64,000 nt of DNA from Acidobacteriota bacterium (GTDB taxonomy: Bacteria > Acidobacteriota > UBA6911 > RPQK01 > JAJDTT01). This document shows positions 9,471-17,066 of this stretch, piece by piece. The position numbers were made by a program, and so were the translations under genes. The notes beneath the pieces are model-generated. The model did no database searches and had not been told where the DNA came from. It was given only the letters and a program-made list of their open reading frames with translations. Numbering within the stretch: position 1 is the stretch's first letter; each line of letters opens with the position of its first letter. Location: NCBI GenBank assembly GCA_965209055.1, contig OZ242374.1, forward strand, positions 2,592,001 through 2,656,000, written 5' to 3'.

Positions 9471-9662
9471 CGGGTCGGCGCCGAGTCGCTTCTGTGGGGG
9501 AGCGACAGCCCGTACGGGGTGTCGCAGTGGTGCACCTACCGGCAGTCGCTCGACTTCATCCGGGTGCACTGCGGCTTCCTGTCGGCGGCGGAGAAGGCGG
9601 CCATTTTGGGTGGCAATGCCGCCCGGCTGTTCGAATTGGAACGATCGGCGCGGCGTAGCTGA
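9471..9662 (+). pseudogene. Orphan 3' fragment (63 codons) of an amidohydrolase
   Basis: RVGAESLLWGSDSPY...ILGGNAARLF; 53/63 aa identical to 11986-12177; no start of its own. Confidence 0.88.
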
Positions 9663-9693
9663 AGCCGTCCTGCCACCGCACTCGGCCGTCGGG

Positions 9694-10107
9694 TTACGCT
9701 CGTTGGTAGGCCAGGGCGGCTGCATATCCGCAAGCCAACGTCTGGACTATGCCGTATATGTACCAGTGCATGGACATTGAGAACGAAATGGGCATCACGG
9801 CGTAGCTGGTGAACACCGCAGGTAAGAAGATGAGATTGCCAATCAACATCCCGTATGGGCCCCCCTCCTTGAGACCTTCCCCTTTGTAGCCAACGGTGAA
9901 ACCGAAGGTGAACAAAAAGGAGAAAATCAAGCCACCCAGCATGATCAGCCCCATGTTGATGTCCTCCGGCATGCGCCACATCGTATGGGTTTCCTGGTAG
10001 AAATCTGTCATGAGCACCTGATGAATTATGAATCCCAGCACCTCATGTACGACGAAAACCGCTGCGACGGCCAGGAAAAATTTCTTACTGTTCACGTTGC
10101 TGCTCAT
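9694..10107 (-). CDS. Small ~4-TM membrane protein (DUF1761-like), copy A
   Basis: Strong SD GGAGGAG; aligns without gaps to 12188-12589 (~55% aa identity). Confidence 0.8.
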   Translation of the reverse strand: MSSNVNSKKFFLAVAAVFVVHEVLGFIIHQVLMTDFYQETHTMWRMPEDINMGLIMLGGLIFSFLFTFGFTVGYKGEGLKEGGPYGMLIGNLIFLPAVFTSYAVMPISFSMSMHWYIYGIVQTLACGYAAALAYQRA

Positions 10108-10168
10108 TCCCTCTCCTCCCACGAAATGAATTCTGTGTCGTACTGAACGACAAGAGGACAATTCTTGT

Positions 10169-10237
10169 TCACTCAATCCGCTGAATCAATGGCGCCACCT
10201 TGGATTCCTGGACTCTTCCTCCGGGAATGCAAGGTTT
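10169..10237 (-). pseudogene. Relic of promoter palindrome and first codons of a DUF4143 ATPase gene
   Basis: 10178-10236 matches 13853-13911 ungapped (38/59 nt), with conserved palindrome arms; reads LIQRIE* where the intact gene reads TIPRVL. Confidence 0.6.
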
Positions 10238-10274
10238 GTTGTTTTGGCCTGACGATTCAGGCGCGTTTATGATT

Positions 10275-10490
10275 TGACCCTTGGTGTACTCGTGAAGATC
10301 GACCTTCACCCCGACCCTGTCAGCGGCCCGGGGCAACGGCTTGTCGGGAATCGCCCATCTCATCCCTGTCCGTCTGTTGACGAAGACGTAAGGGGTGCTC
10401 CGGTAGCGGGGGAGCCCGGTCAGGGATCCGGCGGCGTACTTCGAGAGTGGTATCTCCCTCGACTCACGTTTCTCAACCGCTGATCCTCGC
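10275..10490 (-). pseudogene. Tyrosine recombinase/integrase internal fragment
   Basis: K.RESREIPLS..A...L..LPR...PYVFVN..TG.RW..P.KPL.RAA..VG..V.LH resembles the segment leading into the HxLRH box, broken at the His. Confidence 0.6.
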
Positions 10491-10848
10491 CCTTCCACTA
10501 CGGCTTGGCCGAACGGTTACTTCGATGCCGGCTTTTTGGCTGTCCCACCCGGAAGCTCCTTAGCCAAGCGTCCCTTTCCCGTCGCCGCGAAGATCGCAAT
10601 CGAGGACCCTTACGCCCGAAGGGAAAAAAGTTTGTGACCGATTCCGTTTTCGGGCGTTGTATTGACTAGAGCGCGAAAATGCGAGGTCCGTCGAAGGAAA
10701 TGAGATGCTCAATCCATGGCACTTGGCTTGCGACGGCATTGACCTCCAGGTTTCTTCAGGGCAGGCCCCGACCTGTCCCCCTTGTGCCCGCCGACTGGCG
10801 AAACGCCGAATCCGGATGCGCCGGGATTCTTCCCCGGAAGGAGGCTGT

Positions 10849-10941
10849 ATGAGAACACGCACCAAAAATGATGACCGGGAATTCAGGATCGCCTTGCTGC
10901 TGCTGGTGGCCTTGTTGCTGCTGGCCAGCCTGCCGGGCTGA
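10849..10941 (+). CDS. 30-aa single-TM peptide MRTRTKNDDREFRIALLLLVALLLLASLPG
   Basis: SD AAGGAGG at 10838-10844, charged N-terminus plus Leu-rich helix. Confidence 0.5.
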   Translation: MRTRTKNDDREFRIALLLLVALLLLASLPG

Positions 10942-11225
10942 GTGGCGCGGCACGCGCCGGACTGATCCAAAGTGCGAGATGTGAAGCCGACGTGGAGACC
11001 CAGGTGCGGCTGTACGATCGAGCTGGGGGCGACGCTTCCGCAAGACCGTGGAAGACCAGTCGCAGGCGGCGGGCCTCTTGACGCATTCGTGCCTCGATTC
11101 GGTCAGTGCGATTCTGGACCTCCGCGACCGGCGCCAACGAGAAGGACTGCCTCATCCGGCGGCAGCGGGACCCTCGCCCCCCGTGAGATGAGTAGATCCG
11201 AACGAGTTCCCATGAAAGGTCACCC

Positions 11226-11324
11226 ATGAATCCGGAAGCATCCCTCGAAGACCTCATCGACGGAGTCGCGCTGAGCCTCCTGATTGTCGTGGCGGCGTTC
11301 TTTGCTTTGCAGGTCGCCTGCTGA
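11226..11324 (+). CDS. 32-aa single-TM peptide MNPEASLEDLIDGVALSLLIVVAAFFALQVAC
   Basis: SD-like GAAAGGT just upstream; acidic N-terminus plus ~20-residue hydrophobic helix; below the ORF-track cutoff. Confidence 0.45.
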   Translation: MNPEASLEDLIDGVALSLLIVVAAFFALQVAC

Positions 11325-11344
11325 ACCGGGGGCATTCCCAGGGA

Positions 11345-12177
11345 CGCAGATCTACCCGCCCAGCCTGACCAACAACGAAGCCAGCCCGGAGCGGATGGTG
11401 GCGGAAATGGACATGGCGGGCGTCGACATCGGCGTGCTGCAGTCGGACCTTGTCTATGGCGATCTCAACGAGTACTACGCCGAGGCGGCCGCCCGTTATC
11501 CGGGCCGCTTCATCCCGCTGGCACAGATCTGGGAGCCGGAAGCGGTCGATGCCGGCCGGCTGTCCCGCCTGAGGGAGGGATTCGATGAGCTGGGCATGCG
11601 CGGCCTCTATTTCAGTGTCGAGCCCCTTTCGGTCATGCAGGCCGACCGCTCGCTGAACGATCCCACGTTCGACGCCCTCTGGCAGGTGGAGGAGGAGTGG
11701 GCGCTTCCGGTGTTCTGGTTCCTGGACGACCGTGCGTTGGACCGGGTGGGCCTGTTCATGCGCCGCGTCGCGGAACTGGACGAGTGGACCGGGCGCCACC
11801 CGGACGTGCCGTGCGTGATCACCCACGGCCTGGTGCCGGCTGCGATCATCCACCAGATCGGTGTGCCGGAGGAGCTGCTGCAGGTGCTCGAACGGCCGCA
11901 GGTGCACGCCGAACTGCTGATGCCGGCCAAGTGGCCCGATTACCCTTACCCCGAAGGCCAGAAGCTCTTACGGGTACTGCGCGACCGCGTCGGCGCCGAG
12001 TCGCTGCTGTGGGGGAGCGACAGCCCGTACGGGATGTCTCAGTGGTGCACCCACCGGCAGTCGATCGACTTCATCCGTGTACACTGCGACTTTCTCTCGG
12101 AGACGGAAAAGGCGGCGATCCTGGGCGGCAATGCCGTCCGGCTGTTCGGCCTGGAGCGCGCGGCGCCGCGAAGCTGA
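11345..12177 (+). pseudogene. Amidohydrolase_2-family gene, apparently 5'-truncated
   Basis: EMDMAGVD..VL, YPGRF, ITHG, LLWGSDSPY and ILGGNA..LF are present, but the N-terminal DxHxH metal motif and a credible start are missing. Confidence 0.65.
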
Positions 12178-12187
12178 AACCGCCGGG

Positions 12188-12589
12188 TCAAGCCCGCTCG
12201 TAGACCAGGACGGCAACGAGTCCGCAGGCCACGACCTGGACCGTCCCATAGATGGACCAGGCGATGGCCAGCGCCAAAGTGATGGGCTGCACGGCGTAGG
12301 TCCCAAATGCCGCGGGGACCGAGATCAGGAGGCCGACCAGCAGTCCGTACCGAAGCCCTTCCATAAGACCTTTCCCTTCATAGCCCTTGGTGAAGATATA
12401 GGTGAAGAGCAGGGACCACACGAGCCCGACCAGATAGACCAAGCCGATGTTGACCTCTTCCGGCATCCGCCACAACGAGTACGTCTCTTGGTAGTAGGGT
12501 GTCAAGAGCACCGCGTGGATGACGTATCCCAGGACCTCACGAACGACGAGAACCGCCAAGGCGGTCAAAAGGAATCTCTTTATGTTCAC
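12188..12589 (-). CDS. Small ~4-TM membrane protein (DUF1761-like), copy B
   Basis: GTG start with SD GGAGG; EGLRYGLLVG motif; paralog of 9694-10107. Confidence 0.8.
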   Translation of the reverse strand: MNIKRFLLTALAVLVVREVLGYVIHAVLLTPYYQETYSLWRMPEEVNIGLVYLVGLVWSLLFTYIFTKGYEGKGLMEGLRYGLLVGLLISVPAAFGTYAVQPITLALAIAWSIYGTVQVVACGLVAVLVYERA

Positions 12590-12694
12590 CTCATTTCCTC
12601 CCCTGGATAGGAATTTGCATCGGAATGCAAGACGCGATCCGAAGATTTCGTTCTGAATCTACTACGGCCGCTCCTTACCGATCCAGGAGGGTGC

Positions 12695-13870
12695 CTAATG
12701 GTCCCGGCTGGAGAGTTCGTCGGCGAGAGCCTCCAAGCCGATGGCTTCGAGGTTGTCCCCTTTCGGATAACGATCCTCGCCCGAGTGCACCAGAAACGCC
12801 TTTTCCGGCTGTAGATCGGTCAGCGCGACCCGCAAGCCCCGCTCCACTTTGGGGGCGAGTCCGCGTTTGATCTCGATGGCCCAGAGGCGGCCTCCCGGAA
12901 GCTCCAGTACCAGATCGACCTCGACGCCGGTGGCGGTGCGATAGAAGCTGGCTTGGGTGCGCTCGGGGGCGGCCCGGATCAGGGTTTCCAGGACGAATCC
13001 TTCCCAACTCTTGCCGGCGACGGGGTGACCGAGGACGCTCTCCTCATCACCGAGGCGCAGCAACGTGTGGACGATGCCGCTGTCGCGGACGTAGAGCCGG
13101 GGGGATTTCACCAGACGCTTCCGAACGTTGGCGAAAAACGGCGGCAGCCGGCGAACCAACAGCAGGTCAACCAACAGGTCCAGGTACTTGGCCACGGTCT
13201 TGCCGTCGACGGCGAGAGCGCGGGCCAGATTCGCCGCGTTCAGTAGATCCCCCTGGCCATGGGCCAGCATGGTCCAGAGCCGCCGCAAGGTTTCGGCCGG
13301 GATCCGAGGCCCCAACTGAGGGATGTCCCGTTCCAGATAGCTCCGGACGAACTGATCCCGCCACCGCGCGCTCTGATGATCGCTTGGCGCCAGAAAGCTG
13401 GGCGGGAATCCGCCCCTGATCCAGAGTGAAGTCCGGGTCTCTTCTCGGGTCTCCCGGATGTCCAGCGGCGACAGTTCCAGGCAGGCAATACGTCCAGCCA
13501 GGCTCTCGCCCGATTGCCGCAACAGATCGATGGCGGCGGAACCGAGAATGAGGAATTGACCGGCGGGCTCGCCACCCCGGATGCGTTCGTCGATGAGAAC
13601 GCGCAAGAGCTGGAAGAGCTCCGGCGCGCGTTGCACTTCGTCGAGCACCACGAGCCGTCCGCGCAGGGAGCGGAGGTAGGCGCCCTGATCCTCCAGCTTG
13701 ACCAGATCGGCGGGGTCTTCCAGATCCAGGTACACGCTGCCGGCAGTGCGCGCTAAATCCCGGGCCAGAGTCGTCTTTCCCACCTGCCGGGGCCCAAGAA
13801 GGGCAACGGCCGGGAACTGACGCAGATATGACTCGACTTTGGGTCGCAACACTCGCGGAATCGTGGACAC
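12695..13870 (-). CDS. AAA_14 ATPase with DUF4143 and C-terminal restriction-endonuclease-like domain
   Basis: GPRQVGKTT, VLDEVQ, ESLAGR, RGGFP, KRLVKSP..Y.RDSG, EVDLV...AIEIK. Confidence 0.92.
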   Translation of the reverse strand: MSTIPRVLRPKVESYLRQFPAVALLGPRQVGKTTLARDLARTAGSVYLDLEDPADLVKLEDQGAYLRSLRGRLVVLDEVQRAPELFQLLRVLIDERIRGGEPAGQFLILGSAAIDLLRQSGESLAGRIACLELSPLDIRETREETRTSLWIRGGFPPSFLAPSDHQSARWRDQFVRSYLERDIPQLGPRIPAETLRRLWTMLAHGQGDLLNAANLARALAVDGKTVAKYLDLLVDLLLVRRLPPFFANVRKRLVKSPRLYVRDSGIVHTLLRLGDEESVLGHPVAGKSWEGFVLETLIRAAPERTQASFYRTATGVEVDLVLELPGGRLWAIEIKRGLAPKVERGLRVALTDLQPEKAFLVHSGEDRYPKGDNLEAIGLEALADELSSRDH

Positions 13871-13951
13871 AACCTTGCAATTACGGAACTGATCTCCAGG
13901 AATGCAAGTTTAAACGAGAAAATGAGGGAGTCTCGAGGTGGAAATTATCGT

Positions 13952-13983
13952 TTGACACTAGGTGTACTATGTGAAATAGTACA
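13952..13983 (+). promoter_or_regulatory. Sigma70 promoter with overlapping YtrA-type operator
   Basis: TTGACA (13952-13957), 17 nt, AATAGT; perfect inverted repeat TGTACTAT-N5-ATAGTACA (13963-13983) ending 3 nt before the ATG. Confidence 0.8.
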
Positions 13984-13986
13984 GCT

Positions 13987-14397
13987 ATGCTTCCGTTCGC
14001 GGTCCGGTTGCGCACCGGCGTCTCCGTTTACCGGCAACTGGTCTATGCGGTCCAGAAGGCGGTGGTCTCAGGACAGTTGCTTCCCGGCGACCGGTTTCCT
14101 TCCGTACGGAACCTGAGCCAGGAGCTCCGGATCAATCCCAACACGGCTCAGAAGGTGGTGAGGCGGCTGGTGGATCAAGGGCTCCTGGAGGTCCAACCGG
14201 GCATCGGCACCATCGTCGGCCAGCTGCCGGAGGCGACCCCGCGGGAACGCTCGGCGCTGCTGGAGGACGAGGTCGAGCAGGTGGTGGTGGAGGCCAGAAG
14301 GTTGTCCCTGACTCGGGACCAGCTCGTCCGAGCGGTCGAGGACCAGTGGGAACGGCTCTCGAATGCCGGGAATCAGAGGAAGCAGAAGGAGGGGTGA
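13987..14397 (+). CDS. GntR-family regulator, YtrA subfamily
   Basis: VYRQL, L.PGDRFPSVR.LS.EL.INPNT..K, GIGT; short C-terminal domain; precedes ABC ATPase. Confidence 0.92.
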   Translation: MLPFAVRLRTGVSVYRQLVYAVQKAVVSGQLLPGDRFPSVRNLSQELRINPNTAQKVVRRLVDQGLLEVQPGIGTIVGQLPEATPRERSALLEDEVEQVVVEARRLSLTRDQLVRAVEDQWERLSNAGNQRKQKEG

Positions 14398-14398
14398 C

Positions 14399-15313
14399 AT
14401 GAACGCCGTCATCGAGACTCAAGGACTGACCCGCCGATTTCGGAAGACCGTTGCCGTCAAGGATCTCTCTCTGGAGGTCCCGGCCGGCAGCATCTTCGCC
14501 CTGCTGGGCCCCAACGGCGCCGGCAAGACCACACTCATCAAGATGGTCATGAACATGGTCCGGCCCTCCGGTGGCAGGGCCACGATTCTGGGAACCGATT
14601 CGCTTCGTCTGGGACCGCCCCAGTTGGAGCGGATCGGCTACGTCTCCGAAAACCAGGAGTTGCCGGAATGGATGACCGTCCAGGAGCTGATCGATTACTG
14701 CCGGCCCTTCTACCCGGCTTGGGACGACGACTTATGCCGCCGGCTAATCCGGCAGTTCAACCTCCCCCTGGCGCGTCAGCTGAAGACTTTTTCCCGCGGG
14801 ATGAAGGTCAAGGCGGCGCTGTTGTCGTCCCTTTCCTACCGGCCGGAACTGATGATCCTGGACGAACCTTTCACCGGCCTGGACGCGCTGGTCCGGGATG
14901 AGTTGATTCGGGGCCTGCTGGAGGTGACGGACAGGAAGGAGCGGACCATCTTCATCGCCTCCCACGACATCGACGAAGTGGAGCGTCTGGCCGATTGGGT
15001 GGGAGTGATCCACAACGGCGAGATGCAGATGTCCGAGCCTGCGGCGTCGCTTCGAATCCGCTTCCGCCGGTGCGAGGCGACTTTGGAACGAGGCCAAGAG
15101 ATACCGGAGACCCTCCCGGAAACATGGCTGATGGCAGAGCGGGCCGGACAGGTGCTCCGTTTCGTGGATAGCCGTTTCCAAAACGGAACCGGCGCGGAAA
15201 CCATTCGGGAGGTCCTTCCGGGAGTCAAGGACCTCGACGTGAGCCCCATGTCTCTGAAGGAAATCTTTCTCGCATTGGCTCGATCTTGGCGGCTCTACGA
15301 GGAGGAGGGATGA
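14399..15313 (+). CDS. ABC transporter ATP-binding protein (YtrB-like)
   Basis: GPNGAGKTT, FSRGMK, ILDEPFTGLD, ASHD. Confidence 0.93.
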   Translation: MNAVIETQGLTRRFRKTVAVKDLSLEVPAGSIFALLGPNGAGKTTLIKMVMNMVRPSGGRATILGTDSLRLGPPQLERIGYVSENQELPEWMTVQELIDYCRPFYPAWDDDLCRRLIRQFNLPLARQLKTFSRGMKVKAALLSSLSYRPELMILDEPFTGLDALVRDELIRGLLEVTDRKERTIFIASHDIDEVERLADWVGVIHNGEMQMSEPAASLRIRFRRCEATLERGQEIPETLPETWLMAERAGQVLRFVDSRFQNGTGAETIREVLPGVKDLDVSPMSLKEIFLALARSWRLYEEEG

Positions 15314-16953
15314 AGCTGATACTACACATCTTTCGCAAGGACTTTCGTCACCTTCGTCTCTACCTGGCCGGTTGGTTGGGATTGTTGATATCTGTGTGCC
15401 TCTTCGTCCGTCTCGGGTGGGGCCTTGGTCTGGGTTGGATCGCTGTCATTGGAGTGCTGAAGGTCGCATTGTTGGCGTTGATCGTTTCCAATCTGGTTCA
15501 GGAAGACTCTCCCGTGGGAAGCACCTCATTCTGGCTGAGTCGGCCTGTTTCCGGTCGGCAGTTGCTGGCCGCCAAGTCGGTCGTTTTGGCGGTGACATTG
15601 ATAATTCCGGCACTTCTGGTCGAGGTTATGTTTCTCCTCTTCAATGGAGTTACCGCGCACGACACCCTCCGTTCAATCCCCGAGACACTGATCTACACGC
15701 TCTTCGCTATTGCAATCCTCATGATGCTAGCCGTTTTGACACGCAGTCTCTCCCAGATGGTGGCGTTGGGTCTCTTTTTTTCGGTTTCCATGATTGTTTT
15801 CCTGCTGGTGAGAGCGGACATATTTTTCCCTGGGATTCGATTGGACATCGATCCTTTAACCTCGATGACCCTGAGGAGTTCGAAGTGGATTGGGTTTTTT
15901 CTAATCCTTCTGACAATGGCGGCAATCGTGGTCTGCCTCCAATATCTGACTCGGCGGAGGAAGCTCAATGCCATCCTCGCGCTGGCAGGTCTGCTTCCAT
16001 GCATCCTGACTGTTGAAATGTGGACTTGGGATTTCGTGGCTGCGTTACGACGACCAGAACGGACTGTCGTTGACCCCGAAAAGTTGGTGGCTAGGATCGA
16101 CGAACAGAGTCTGAAGTTTTTTTCCAACGCCTCTGTGCCTTCGCGAGATAGACGAATGGTTCTCCACGGGACCATCGTGACCGAGAATCATCCTGACGAT
16201 CTGATGGTTGTACCGTTGCAGGTCGGTTCCAAGGTGTCATTTGGTCCCATAGGTCCTGGGCATCGTGGGCATTGGGAGCGCGATGTCAACGAGTACGAAG
16301 ACCGGCAACTAGACGACATGGATTTTGACTATTGGGACTCGGAATTGGACGACGGACGAATCGAGGCTTTTGAACAAGCCTTAGGGGGCGTGCGCCTATT
16401 GGCCGACAAATACAGAATTGAAACCGGGTACTATCCCAAGTTTTTGGAAATTTCCCAAACAGACTATGAAAGTGACGCGGCAAGCAACGGCAGGTTCTCG
16501 GCGGAGGTAGATTTTCTAATTCAACGGATTGAGATCGTGCCGTTACCGATGGAAATAGGGGCTCGGTACCGCCGGGGTTCAGATCACGCCGAAATTCTCA
16601 AGGTAACTCCTGACGGGATGATGATGTGGATCGAACTGAAGGAGTCCCGCCACAGGTTGTTGTCTAAACAACCACGAAAACGATGGTACGTCTTGCGCAA
16701 CCGCTCTCGTGGGGAGGCACTGCTAGGGGACGGAGTGAACTCCAATTCCTTCGGTGTGGCCCGTTTTGTCCTCCCCACGGTGAGCTTCAATCATTTGCGA
16801 CTACATTTCAATCTGCCTTTGCAGAATCCGTCATATGGTCCCGAATGGTTCGAGGGTGCAGAGCTCTTGAGAATCGACATGACGTATCTCGGCGTCGTTT
16901 CCAAGTCGCTTCGAATAGAAAACTTCGTTATGAATCGCATACCCGGTCCGTAG
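15310..16953 (+). CDS. Large ABC permease-like membrane protein 1 (multi-TM N-half plus soluble C-domain)
   Basis: Start overlaps ATPase stop; HIFRKDFRHLR, D..VGST.FWL.RPVSG.QLL..K; paralog of next gene. Confidence 0.75.
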   Translation: MKLILHIFRKDFRHLRLYLAGWLGLLISVCLFVRLGWGLGLGWIAVIGVLKVALLALIVSNLVQEDSPVGSTSFWLSRPVSGRQLLAAKSVVLAVTLIIPALLVEVMFLLFNGVTAHDTLRSIPETLIYTLFAIAILMMLAVLTRSLSQMVALGLFFSVSMIVFLLVRADIFFPGIRLDIDPLTSMTLRSSKWIGFFLILLTMAAIVVCLQYLTRRRKLNAILALAGLLPCILTVEMWTWDFVAALRRPERTVVDPEKLVARIDEQSLKFFSNASVPSRDRRMVLHGTIVTENHPDDLMVVPLQVGSKVSFGPIGPGHRGHWERDVNEYEDRQLDDMDFDYWDSELDDGRIEAFEQALGGVRLLADKYRIETGYYPKFLEISQTDYESDAASNGRFSAEVDFLIQRIEIVPLPMEIGARYRRGSDHAEILKVTPDGMMMWIELKESRHRLLSKQPRKRWYVLRNRSRGEALLGDGVNSNSFGVARFVLPTVSFNHLRLHFNLPLQNPSYGPEWFEGAELLRIDMTYLGVVSKSLRIENFVMNRIPGP

Positions 16954-17066
16954 GAAACTCCGCGATTGGTCCCGGTGAATCCTTCCGGAATTGTGACCCC
17001 AATGGCCTTGGAACCAGACATTCACCCATTGGTTGGGAGCCGCCGGAATCGCGGCGAGGAGGCGAG

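Noticed and set aside
9460-13920. Integron cassette array
   Set aside because: Mixed gene orientations, no attC-like repeats seen and no intact IntI.
16964-16978. 15-mer GATTGGTCCCGGTGA shared with 41564-41578
   Set aside because: A match of this length is expected by chance in 64 kb of GC-rich DNA, and the flanks do not align.
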